A stretch of DNA of 64,000 nucleotides from Dehalococcoidia bacterium (GTDB lineage: Bacteria; Chloroflexota; Dehalococcoidia; UBA2979), in the NCBI GenBank assembly GCA_964291495.2, contig OZ219872.1, positions 512,001 through 576,000 of the forward strand. The letters run 5' to 3'. The notes under the pieces were generated by a model that was given only the letters and a program-made list of their open reading frames with translations, made no database searches and had not been told where the DNA came from. Made by a program: the position numbers and the translations under genes. Positions 55,223-64,000 of this stretch are shown one piece after another; positions within the stretch are counted from its first letter, which is position 1, and each line of letters opens with the position of its first letter.

Positions 55223-56044
55223 ATGGACAGGCGGACCCTGCTTCGAAGAGGCTTGCTCGGCGGCGCGGCACTGGCGTCCGCGGCGCTGATCGGCTGCGAC
55301 GAGGACGACGACCGAACAGCCGGGGGGACGGCTGCGGGATCGGAGACGGGCGAGATGTCACCTGACCTGGCTGAGTGGGGATACGAAGGGCCGATCGGAC
55401 CGGAGCGCTGGGCGTCATTGTCCGAGGCCTACGCGGACTGCGGCGGCGAGCAGCAGTCGCCGGTGGACATCACGGGCTACGAGGCGGGCGACCTCGGTCC
55501 GCTCTTGTTCTCGTACGACGGTGAGGCGGTTGCGGTGCGCAACGACGGCAAGGCCGTGCACGTCGACTACGCGCCGGGCAACACGCTGACCTCGGGCGGC
55601 CGGACCTTCGGGCTGGCCTCGCTGCACATGCACGCGCCCTCGGAGCACCGTGTCGAGGGCGCGGAGTTCGCGGCCGAGTTGCATCTCGTGCATGCCGACG
55701 CTGCCGGGGACTTCGCGGTGGTGGGGCTGCTCTTCGGGCCGGGCGCGGCCAGCCCGATCGTGCAGGCGATCCTCGATGCCGCCCCGGCGGCGGGCGAGGA
55801 GGTTAGCGCGGGCATTGCCCTCAACGCGAGCGCCTGTGTACCGGACGGCGCCGCCTACTACGCCTACGACGGATCGAAGACGACGCCCCCGTGCGACGAG
55901 GGCGTCGCCTGGCACGTCATGCGCGACCCGCTGACGATCTCGGAGGAGCAGGTCGAGGCGCTGCTGGCGCTCGGCGGCGGCCCCACGAACCGCCCCGTTC
56001 AGCCGCTCGGCAGCCGCCGGATCGTGCTCGACGGCCTCTCCTAG
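55223..56044 (+). CDS. Alpha-carbonic anhydrase with Tat/lipoprotein signal
   Basis: MDRRTLL...LIGC; WGY, QSPVDI, LHMHAPSEH, ELHLVH and GSKTTPPC motifs. Confidence 0.92.
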   Translation: MDRRTLLRRGLLGGAALASAALIGCDEDDDRTAGGTAAGSETGEMSPDLAEWGYEGPIGPERWASLSEAYADCGGEQQSPVDITGYEAGDLGPLLFSYDGEAVAVRNDGKAVHVDYAPGNTLTSGGRTFGLASLHMHAPSEHRVEGAEFAAELHLVHADAAGDFAVVGLLFGPGAASPIVQAILDAAPAAGEEVSAGIALNASACVPDGAAYYAYDGSKTTPPCDEGVAWHVMRDPLTISEEQVEALLALGGGPTNRPVQPLGSRRIVLDGLS

Positions 56045-56054
56045 CCACGCTGTC

Positions 56055-57050
56055 CTAGCTCGCGGCCGCCTTCTCCTCTTCGACCATGCGCTCGAGGTCC
56101 TCGAGGGTGAGCGCGCCGGGCTGCCTGTGCTCGCGCGCCATCCACGCCGAGGCGCGTTGGATCACGCGGTTGTAGGGCGTCGGCACGCCGGCCTGGATGC
56201 CGATCATCACGATCTCGCCGTTGAGGTAGTCCGTCTCGATCGTGCCGGTGGCGCGGATCAGGCTCTGCCAGCTCGAGTTGCCGAGGCGCGGGCTGTCGCC
56301 GATCGCCTCGGTGACGTAGCCGTCCACCTCGCGGTGCTCGGCCTCCTCCGCAGTGCTGGCGTAGTCGAGGCCTGCCGCGTCGTAGGCCGTGAGCGCCTCC
56401 TTCACCAGCGCTCGCCGGAAGTCGTCCACGTCCGCGTCGAGGCCGACGCAGCCGACGAGGCCGTTCGCGAGGTTGCGGATCAGCTTCGCGTACTTCCAGC
56501 GCGTGATCCGCGTCTCCACACGCGAGGCGAAGTTGCAGGAGCGCAGGTCCGCGGAGACCTGCTCGATCAGCTCGTCGCTGCCCTCCGGGTAGCGCCCGAC
56601 GTCGAGCAGCCCGCCGACCGGCCGCGCATGGTTCTCGATCACGCCCGCTTCGAGGTAGGTGCCCGGCAGGCGGGCGACCATGCCGTAGACGCGCGGGAAG
56701 CGGCGCAGCGCGCGCCGCTCGTTCTCGACGCCGTTCTGCGCGCAGATGATCGGCGGCTCGATCCCGCCCGTCGACGCCTCGAGGTCGAGCAGGGCGCCCT
56801 CGGTGTCCTGCGTCTTCATGCCGAGAATCACGACGTCGTCCTCGGTCCACTCGATCTCGTTCGGGTGGCCGACGGCGGGGACGGGCAGGTTGATCGTCCC
56901 GAGGTCGTGGGTGACGAACTCCAGGCCGCGCTCCTGGATGGCCGTCAGGTGGTCGCCGCGGCAGATCAGCACGGTGTCATGCCCGCCGTGGAAGAGCCGG
57001 GCGCCAATGGTGGCGCCGACGCCGCCGGCGCCGTAGATGATGTAGCGCAT
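56055..57050 (-). CDS. Ketopantoate reductase (PanE/ApbA) family protein
   Basis: GAGGVG, CAQNG, WKYAKLIRN, SSWQS and ETDYLNG motifs. Confidence 0.87.
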   Translation of the reverse strand: MRYIIYGAGGVGATIGARLFHGGHDTVLICRGDHLTAIQERGLEFVTHDLGTINLPVPAVGHPNEIEWTEDDVVILGMKTQDTEGALLDLEASTGGIEPPIICAQNGVENERRALRRFPRVYGMVARLPGTYLEAGVIENHARPVGGLLDVGRYPEGSDELIEQVSADLRSCNFASRVETRITRWKYAKLIRNLANGLVGCVGLDADVDDFRRALVKEALTAYDAAGLDYASTAEEAEHREVDGYVTEAIGDSPRLGNSSWQSLIRATGTIETDYLNGEIVMIGIQAGVPTPYNRVIQRASAWMAREHRQPGALTLEDLERMVEEEKAAAS

Positions 57051-57073
57051 GCTTCCGCTCCCTTCCGTCGCCG

Positions 57074-59356
57074 CTAGCTGGCGACGACGCCGTCGATGGC
57101 AATGACGCCCCCGGCCAGCAGGCGCTCGTAGTCCTCGCCGAGGCCGCGCGCCTCAAGCACATCGCGCGCGTCGGAGCCCGGCTTGGAGGCCGGGTCGCCG
57201 GGCTCCGGAGGCGTGCGCGAGAGCCGCGGCGAGGGGCCGTTGGTGGTGACGAGACCGATCTCGGCGTGCTCGCGCGTGAGGCTCAGCCCGTGGTCCTGCA
57301 CCCACTCGTCGGTCATCAGCTCGCGCACGGTGCGCGTCGGCGCCACGCCGGCGCCGACCGCCGTCAGCCGCTCCGTCCACTCCGCAGCCGTCGCCTGCGC
57401 GATGCGCTCGGCGAGGAACTCGCGAAGCGCGTCACCCTCGAGGTCCGCGGCGCCCTCGAGGCCCTCGACCATGCCGATGGCGGGTAGTTGGTCGGCCGTG
57501 GCGCCGAGGAAGAGCCAGCCGTCGCTGGCGCGGTAGAGGTGCTGGAGCGGGTTCCAGCCGAGCGCGTCCTGGCCGCGCAGCTCGTCCCAGACCTTGCCGT
57601 CGTAGTCCTGGAAGAACGGCGACTGCAGCGTGCAGGCGGTGTAGGCGAGGGCGGCCTTGACGTGCTGGCCCTCACCCGTCCGCTGGCGGTGAAACAGCGC
57701 CAGCGCGACGCCGTAGGCCCCCATCAGCCCCGTGCCGTAGTCGTTGATCGGGAAGGCCTGGCGGTAGGGGCGGTCGCCGGCGAAGCGCGCCTGCATCCCC
57801 GCCGCCGCCTGCGCGAGCTGCTCCCAGCCGGGACGCTCCTCCCACGGCCCCTCATGCCCGTAGGCGTTGATCGAGGCGTAGACGACACTCGGGTTGCGGC
57901 TGCGCAGTTCCTCGTAGTCCAGGCCGAGCACCTCGATGCGGCCGCCGCGCAGGTTCTGGACGACCACGTCGGCTTCCTCGGCGAGCTTCCAGAACAGCTC
58001 GCGGCCCTCCTCGGTCTTGAGGTCGAGCAGCATGCTCTGCTTGCCGCGGTTGACGTCGTTGTGCATGCGCACGCCGCCGGCGCGGTTCGGGTCGTCGATC
58101 TTCACGACCTCGGCCCCGAACTCGGCGAGCGTCCGCCCGCAAGTGGGTCCGGCGAGGATGATGCAGAGGTCGAGCACCTTGAGGCCCTTGAGCGCCTTGC
58201 GCAGCAGCCGCGTCTGCGGCGGCGACGCCGGCTCCGGCGCGCCCTCGAGCCACGGGCCGAGCACCTCGTCGCGGTCCGCGCCCGGGGCCGGGGCGGCGCT
58301 CCGGACCGCGCCGGGGGTTCCGTAGAGGCGCGGGTTCACCCCGGGCTGCAGCATCGTGCCGTACCCGGGGTCGTCGACCTCGATAACCTGCTTCGAGGTG
58401 CGGGCGTGCTCCTCGCGCATCCACTCGCTGGACTCGTAGATCACCGAGCAGCAGACGAGGGCGTCGTTGACGAACTGCTCCCACTCCTTCGCCGTGCGCG
58501 TCTTCATGAGCGCCGTCATGCGCCTCAGCAGCTCCTCGCTCTTCTCCGGATCCTTCGCGACCTCCTCGCTGAGGTGCAGGCCTTCCTCGCGCCAGGCGCC
58601 GAGGCCGGCCTTGTCGATGAAGCGGTCGATGAAGCGCTGGTTGGCGGCGTGGAACTGGACCCAGCGGCCGTCGCTGCACTCGTACTGGCGCACCCAGCCG
58701 GCGGACCGCTCGGGCGAGCGCTTCGCGGGGTCGTGCACGCGCAGGCCGGCCGATCCGATCGCGGCGAAGGTGGCGTCGAAGAGCGGCGCCTCGATGCGCT
58801 GCCCGGCCCCATCGCGCTCGCGGGCGTTGAGCGCCATCGCGATTGAGACCACGCCGAGGAAGGCGCCGTACGAGGACGAGATCGGCACCGCCGTGACTAC
58901 GGGGTTGTCGGCGCGTGCGAGGCCGTCGCCGGCGTTGGTGTAGCTGGCGGTCGCGGCGCCGAGCACGCCCTCCCAGGCCGCCATGCCGGCGCGCGGGTCG
59001 TCGGCGGCGAAGCCGGGGATCGAGCAGTAGATCAGCCGCGGGTTGGCCTCGATCATCGCGTCCGCGCCGAGGCCGAGGCGCTCCATCACGCCGGGCCGGA
59101 AGTTCTCGATCAGCACGTCCGCGCCGGCGACGAGGCGGCGCGCCGTCTCGAGGTCCTCGGAGCTCTTGAGGTCGAGCGTGATGCTGCGCTTGGCGCGGTT
59201 CCAGGTGGCGTTGGCCGGGGTGTCCCAGCGCGGGCCGCCGGGCGGGTCGATCTTGACCACGTCGGCGCCCTGGTCGGCGAGCAGCATGCCCGCGAGCGGC
59301 CCCGCGATGTAGTGCCCGAAGTCCACGACGCGAATGCCGTCCAGTGCCCCTGCCAT
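57074..59356 (-). CDS. Double-domain CoA-transferase family III
   Basis: Two halves starting ALDGIRVVDF and ALKGLKVLDL. Confidence 0.92.
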   Translation of the reverse strand: MAGALDGIRVVDFGHYIAGPLAGMLLADQGADVVKIDPPGGPRWDTPANATWNRAKRSITLDLKSSEDLETARRLVAGADVLIENFRPGVMERLGLGADAMIEANPRLIYCSIPGFAADDPRAGMAAWEGVLGAATASYTNAGDGLARADNPVVTAVPISSSYGAFLGVVSIAMALNARERDGAGQRIEAPLFDATFAAIGSAGLRVHDPAKRSPERSAGWVRQYECSDGRWVQFHAANQRFIDRFIDKAGLGAWREEGLHLSEEVAKDPEKSEELLRRMTALMKTRTAKEWEQFVNDALVCCSVIYESSEWMREEHARTSKQVIEVDDPGYGTMLQPGVNPRLYGTPGAVRSAAPAPGADRDEVLGPWLEGAPEPASPPQTRLLRKALKGLKVLDLCIILAGPTCGRTLAEFGAEVVKIDDPNRAGGVRMHNDVNRGKQSMLLDLKTEEGRELFWKLAEEADVVVQNLRGGRIEVLGLDYEELRSRNPSVVYASINAYGHEGPWEERPGWEQLAQAAAGMQARFAGDRPYRQAFPINDYGTGLMGAYGVALALFHRQRTGEGQHVKAALAYTACTLQSPFFQDYDGKVWDELRGQDALGWNPLQHLYRASDGWLFLGATADQLPAIGMVEGLEGAADLEGDALREFLAERIAQATAAEWTERLTAVGAGVAPTRTVRELMTDEWVQDHGLSLTREHAEIGLVTTNGPSPRLSRTPPEPGDPASKPGSDARDVLEARGLGEDYERLLAGGVIAIDGVVAS

Positions 59357-59462
59357 GGTGCTCTCCTCCCGCCGGCGTCGGCCCGCCATGCCTCGCCCGC
59401 GCACTATAGCCCCCCTCGACAGGCACTCAGCGCGAGGGCGCGCGAGGTGGCTCAGCGAGGCG

Positions 59463-60509
59463 TCAGCGTGGCTCCTGCGCGTGGACCCAGGGCAGCACAT
59501 CGGCCGCGAACAGCTCGAGGGCGGCGAGGCCGTCTTCGAGGGACATGCCCTCCGGGCGGATGCCCAGCGTCCAGCCGGTGAACGGGATCGGGCCGGACAG
59601 CGCTGCGACGTCCGCCTGCATCGCCTCGATCCACATCGCGGGCGTGCCGATCAGCTCGCCCTCGGTGGCGAACGAGGCGCCCGAGTCCGCCGCCACTTGC
59701 GTGACCTCGCGAGGGTACTCGTCGCGTCCGGCGAACTCGCCGGCGGCCATGTACTCGGTGCGGCCCTCGATGAACGGCGCGCCGATGCGGACCGCCTCGG
59801 CGGCATCCGCCGCGATGTAGCCGTTGCGCACGATCGTGAAGTCGAGCGTCGCGGGGTCCACGCCCTGCTCCGCGGCGAGCGCACAGTAGTCGGCGTAGAC
59901 GCCGCGCCCGATCGCTTCGCGGTGCAGCGTGTTCACGCCGAGGCCGAAGCGCACCGCGCGCGCCAGCGCGGGGCGGCTGCGCGCGGTGACGTAGACCTTC
60001 GGGTGCGGCTGCTGGATCGGCGGCGGCAGCAGGTCGACGCCGCTCGCGCTGTGGTAGCGGCCCGCGTGGCTGAAACCGCGCTCGCGCAGCGCGCCGAGCA
60101 GGATCGTCAGCGCCTCGTCCGTGCGGTCGCCGCGCTCGCGGCGCGGCACGCCGAACGCCTCGAAGTCGCCCTCGCGGTAGCCGACGCCGATGCCGAGCAT
60201 CGCCCGCCCGTTCGAGAGCAGATCGAGGACGGCGAGCTGCTCGGCGACGTGCACGGGGTGGTAGAGCGGGAGGAGCAGCGGCTGCGTGGCGAGGCGGATC
60301 CGCTCGGTCTCGCGCGCGAGCGCGGTCAGGGTGAGGAAGGGAGTCGGGTTGTAGCCGATCGCGACCGAGTGGTGCTCCGGCACGACGATGAAGTCGTAGC
60401 CGAGCCGGTCGGCGGCGCGGGCGTACTCGATCCACTCCTCGTAGACCTCGGCCCAGCTCTGCGAGGCGTCCGGGGCGCGCTTGAACTTGACGCCGATGCC
60501 GATCTCCAT
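59463..60509 (-). CDS. LLM-class flavin-dependent oxidoreductase
   Basis: MEIGIG, PEHH, HPVHVAEQ and PPPIQQPHP motifs. Confidence 0.9.
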   Translation of the reverse strand: MEIGIGVKFKRAPDASQSWAEVYEEWIEYARAADRLGYDFIVVPEHHSVAIGYNPTPFLTLTALARETERIRLATQPLLLPLYHPVHVAEQLAVLDLLSNGRAMLGIGVGYREGDFEAFGVPRRERGDRTDEALTILLGALRERGFSHAGRYHSASGVDLLPPPIQQPHPKVYVTARSRPALARAVRFGLGVNTLHREAIGRGVYADYCALAAEQGVDPATLDFTIVRNGYIAADAAEAVRIGAPFIEGRTEYMAAGEFAGRDEYPREVTQVAADSGASFATEGELIGTPAMWIEAMQADVAALSGPIPFTGWTLGIRPEGMSLEDGLAALELFAADVLPWVHAQEPR

Positions 60510-60529
60510 GCGCCGCCCCTCCCCTGCCG

Positions 60530-62167
60530 CTACGTCGTCTCTATCGGGCGCGTCACGGCGCGGCTGAGGCCCCAGGGCGGCGCGATCATGAACTGCGCGC
60601 CGATGCCGCCCGCGACGACGAGGTGGAACTCCTCGGGCGTGCGCGCCACCGGCACGCGGTCGGTGTGCTCGAACCAGCCGGGCGAGGACAGCGTGTAGCG
60701 CTTCTCCGGCAGCTCGGAGCGGTCGACGCGGGCGTGCTCGAAGAGAAACTGGCGCACGTCGTCCTTCGTCCAGCCCTCGTCGGCGAGGTTGGCCGCGTCC
60801 ACCGGGTTCATGATCACCAGGTGGTCGCCGGGGTAGCGGAAGGTGTTGGTGCCGAGTGTCGCGGCGACCGAGGCCGTCGCCGTCAGCATCTGCTCCGGCT
60901 CCGTGCCGATCATGCTCAGCACGTTGTGCGGCGGCTCGCACTTGAGCACCGTGACCGTGCTTGTCGAGGCGTCCGCGTGCTCCTCGTGCAGTGGCTGCCA
61001 GGGGTGACCCTCGAGGCGCTCGGCGAAGCAGTACGAGTACTGCGCGGCCGAGGCGTGCGTCGCGAGGCTGGAGCGGCCGGGGATCGAGCGCGCGACGTTG
61101 ATCAGCGTCAGGTTGACCGCCCGCCCGATCGTCGCGTTCGCACGGAAGCCCGGCCCGAGGCAACCCTGCCCCGAGGCGATGCCCAGCTCCTCGGCGATCG
61201 GGCCGCTGACGACGATCGCGACGCCGCCGGGATGGGTGGTGATCGCGGTGTGGAAGAAGCGGTACTCCGGCGCGGCCATCGCCCGCACCGCCGCCAGCAC
61301 CACGGGGAAGTACGCCGGGCGGCACCCGGCGAGCACCGCGTTGATCGCGAGGTTGCGCACCGTGATCGACGACCCGCTGGGCATCGGCGGTCCGATCAGC
61401 ACCTCCTCGGGCGGCAGCGGCGAGGCGGCGAGCATCGCCTCGACGCGCTCCCCGGTGGGCGCGACGACGGGGAAGCCGTCGCCGAGCTGGAGCGGCTCCA
61501 GGCGCTCATAGAGCGCGGCGCTTGCGTCGGCGTCATCGACCTCGATCTCCGTCAGCCCGGCGGCCGGATCGCCGACGGCCGGGTTGTCCGCCGCCGCCGC
61601 GGCGAGGCGCTCGGGTGGCATCGTCAGCGCCGCGACCACCGCCGCCGCGCGCTCGGCACGCGAGGCCGCGACGGCCTTGTCGTCCATGCCGCGCAGCCAC
61701 GGCGCCTCGATGACCGGCAGCCCGGGCACGTCGTGCGCGGCCATCGTCGCGGCGAGCGGGCCGCCCAGCCCGGTGGCGAGCAGCACGCAGGGCAGCCCCT
61801 CGCGCTCGAGGGAGAGCGAGAGCACGGTCGAGGAGGCCGTCACCCCGGCATGGCAGATCGCGATCACCAGCCCGCTGTAGCCGCCCGCGAGGATCTCCGC
61901 CCGCAGGCCGGCGAGCTCGTCCTCCTGGAACTGGATCAGATCCTCGTCACGGCGATCGATCGTCAGGTCCGCGACGGCTTCGTGAAGATCCTCGGCGAGC
62001 CAGTCGACCAGCGGTCCATAGCGCGGCAGCGAGGGCTGCACCTGGCCGTTGTCGATCAGCAGCAGCCGCGCGCCCTCGAGCGAGGCGGGCCGCGCTGCGG
62101 GCAACGCGTGCTCGCGCGACGGCGCGCCGGTGGGCGCGGGCAGCACGATGCGGCTCGATTCGCTCAC
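60530..62167 (-). CDS. UGSC-like N-terminal domain fused to a conserved unknown domain
   Basis: ARPASLEGARLLLIDNG...LEREGLPCV, then GDGFPVVAPT, AINAVLAGC and GPGFRANATIGRA. Confidence 0.7.
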   Translation of the reverse strand: MSESSRIVLPAPTGAPSREHALPAARPASLEGARLLLIDNGQVQPSLPRYGPLVDWLAEDLHEAVADLTIDRRDEDLIQFQEDELAGLRAEILAGGYSGLVIAICHAGVTASSTVLSLSLEREGLPCVLLATGLGGPLAATMAAHDVPGLPVIEAPWLRGMDDKAVAASRAERAAAVVAALTMPPERLAAAAADNPAVGDPAAGLTEIEVDDADASAALYERLEPLQLGDGFPVVAPTGERVEAMLAASPLPPEEVLIGPPMPSGSSITVRNLAINAVLAGCRPAYFPVVLAAVRAMAAPEYRFFHTAITTHPGGVAIVVSGPIAEELGIASGQGCLGPGFRANATIGRAVNLTLINVARSIPGRSSLATHASAAQYSYCFAERLEGHPWQPLHEEHADASTSTVTVLKCEPPHNVLSMIGTEPEQMLTATASVAATLGTNTFRYPGDHLVIMNPVDAANLADEGWTKDDVRQFLFEHARVDRSELPEKRYTLSSPGWFEHTDRVPVARTPEEFHLVVAGGIGAQFMIAPPWGLSRAVTRPIETT

Positions 62168-62328
62168 GGCTGCTCCCTCGCCATCCGGCGTTCGTCGCCC
62201 GCGAGGATAGCGCCTCGCGCCGCGCCGGGCGCGGACTCTCGCGCCGCGTTGACGGCGCGGCGGCGCGGGCCGTAGCGTGCTGGCGCCGCACACACAGTGC
62301 ACCAGGAGTGCGCCGCGAGGAGGTTGCG

Positions 62329-63258
62329 ATGTCGCCTGTGCATGCGCCAGCGGTGCTGCTGGACGGGCTGCTCTTCCCCGAGGGCCCGCGCTGGCACGAC
62401 GGCCGGCTCTGGTTCTCCGAGATGCACCAGCACCGCGTGATGACCGTCACCCCCGAGGGCGAACCGGACGTCGTCGCCGAGTGCTTCTTCCGCCCCTCCG
62501 GCCTCGGCTTCCTCGACGACGGCAGCGCGATCGTCGTCAACATGACCGACAGGCGCGTGATGCGCATCGCGGACGGCGCGCTCAGCGTGTACGCCGACCT
62601 CGCCGGGCTCATCTCCGAGAACCCCAACGACATGGTCGTCGACGCCTCGGGACGGGCTTACGTGAGCAGCCTCGGGCGGCGCGGCCCGCCGGACACGCCG
62701 AGGCCGGACCACCTCCGGCCCTTCGCCCCGCACATCGTGGCCTACTTCCAGGAGGCGGGCGTGGCGAACACGCCGGAGACGTCCGAGATCATCCGGGTCG
62801 ACCCGGACGGCTCGGCACACCTCGCGGCGGACGGGGTGATGTCGCCGAACGGGATGGTGATCACTCCCGACGGCGGCACGCTGATCTTCGCCGAGACCTA
62901 CGCCAACCGGCTCTCCGCCTTCGACATCGACGCCGACGGCGGGCTGCACAACAAGCGCGTCTGGGCCGAGGTCGGCAGCGCGATGCCGGACGGCATCTGC
63001 CTCGACGCCGAGATCGCGGTCTGGGTCGCCTCGCCATACACGAACGAGTTCGTGCGCGTCCGCGAGGGCGGCGAGATCGCCGACCGCATCCCGCTGCAGG
63101 AGGGCAAGCTCGGCGTTGCCTGCATGCTCGGCGGCGAGGACCGGCAAACGCTTTTCCTGCTCACCTCGATCCGCCCGACGCGCAAGATCGTCCCGGGCCG
63201 CACGCGCGGCTTCATCGAGACGGTGCGCGTCGACGTGCCGGGCGCGGGCCGGCCATAG
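62329..63258 (+). CDS. SMP-30/gluconolactonase family protein
   Basis: FPEGPRW, PNDMVVD, PNGMVITPDG and PDGICLDAE motifs. Confidence 0.92.
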   Translation: MSPVHAPAVLLDGLLFPEGPRWHDGRLWFSEMHQHRVMTVTPEGEPDVVAECFFRPSGLGFLDDGSAIVVNMTDRRVMRIADGALSVYADLAGLISENPNDMVVDASGRAYVSSLGRRGPPDTPRPDHLRPFAPHIVAYFQEAGVANTPETSEIIRVDPDGSAHLAADGVMSPNGMVITPDGGTLIFAETYANRLSAFDIDADGGLHNKRVWAEVGSAMPDGICLDAEIAVWVASPYTNEFVRVREGGEIADRIPLQEGKLGVACMLGGEDRQTLFLLTSIRPTRKIVPGRTRGFIETVRVDVPGAGRP

Positions 63259-63266
63259 GCGCCGGC

Positions 63267-63704
63267 GTGGCGGGCAATCCGGACATCGAGCCGCGGCTGC
63301 TCGAGCTGATCGGCAAGGTCCCCTTCTGGGAGACGATCGGCATCCAGCTCGACGATGCCGAGGTCGGCCGCGTGCGGCTGCGCCTCGCGATGCGCGAGGA
63401 CCTGCGCACCTTCGGCGAGCGGCGCGTGCTGCACGGCGGGGCGATCGCGACGCTGATCGACTCCGCCGCCGCCTCGGCGACCCGCACCCTGCGAGGGGAG
63501 GACGAGCCGCCCTGGCGCGGCCTCGCGACCACGGACATGCACGTCAGCTACCTCGCCGCGGTCACCGGCGGCGAGGTCACGTCCGAGGCGCGCGTGCTGC
63601 GGGCCGGACGGTCCGTCGCCTTCCTCGATGTCGAGGTGCGCAACGAGGACGGCGATCTCGTCGCCCGGGGGTCGGCCACGATGCAGATCCGCCGGGCGGA
63701 CTGA
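63267..63704 (+). CDS. PaaI family thioesterase
   Basis: LHGGAIATLIDSA motif and hotdog-fold pattern. Confidence 0.87.
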   Translation: MAGNPDIEPRLLELIGKVPFWETIGIQLDDAEVGRVRLRLAMREDLRTFGERRVLHGGAIATLIDSAAASATRTLRGEDEPPWRGLATTDMHVSYLAAVTGGEVTSEARVLRAGRSVAFLDVEVRNEDGDLVARGSATMQIRRAD

Positions 63705-63727
63705 GCAGGCCGAGGAAGGACACGCGC

Positions 63728-64000
63728 ATGGCCGAGCAACGACCGGGCTCGATGGAGATGATCGCGACGACCGCCCACCCTGGGCCCGCAGTCCAGATCA
63801 CGCCGTTCATCTACATGTCGGCCGGCACCAGCAACAGCTACTACGTCACCACCGAGGACGGCGACGTGCTGATCAACGCCGGGATGGACTTCGAGGCTCC
63901 CGTGCACCATCGCAAGTTCGCGGAGGTCAGCGATGGGCCGCTGCGCTACATCGTGCTCACGCAGGGGCACGTCGACCACGTCGGCGGGGTGCCCGAGTAC
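63728..64000 (+). CDS. MBL-fold hydrolase (alkyl sulfatase-like), partial
   Basis: Manual translation ...LRYIVLTQGHVDHVGG; open to the window end. Confidence 0.8.
   Translation, partial: MAEQRPGSMEMIATTAHPGPAVQITPFIYMSAGTSNSYYVTTEDGDVLINAGMDFEAPVHHRKFAEVSDGPLRYIVLTQGHVDHVGGVPEY

Overview
High-GC bacterial chromosomal window, probably Chloroflexota/Dehalococcoidia-like (inference from the many LLM oxidoreductases, class III CoA-transferases, SDRs and the tandem HisG). Left end: two divergent giant surface-protein genes (Ig-like repeats; CBM-like repeats plus lamin-tail domain), then a lipoprotein cassette flanked by a duplicated 3' end of amtB. Next is an unusual minus-strand his operon: hisZ, tandem-domain hisG, Zn-PLC-like gene, hisD, hisC, toxin-antitoxin pair, HTH-fused hisB, DNA methyltransferase, unknown gene, hisN. 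It is headed by a leaderless His-rich attenuator peptide. Further right are birA, a small promoter-SD-sORF-terminator unit, catabolic enzymes, DAHP synthase, an M16 peptidase pair with PPK2, a tal-pgi/gnd/ROK kinase operon, Prim-Pol and LigC, a hicBA cassette between direct repeats, a c-di-AMP riboswitch ahead of a KamA-like radical SAM gene, an alpha-carbonic anhydrase and a UGSC-like protein. Four intergenic clusters of mosaic palindromic repeats/MITEs occur. No rRNA, tRNA, CRISPR array, integrase or transposase was seen. All calls are from manual reading and motif recall, and several starts were adjusted by hand.
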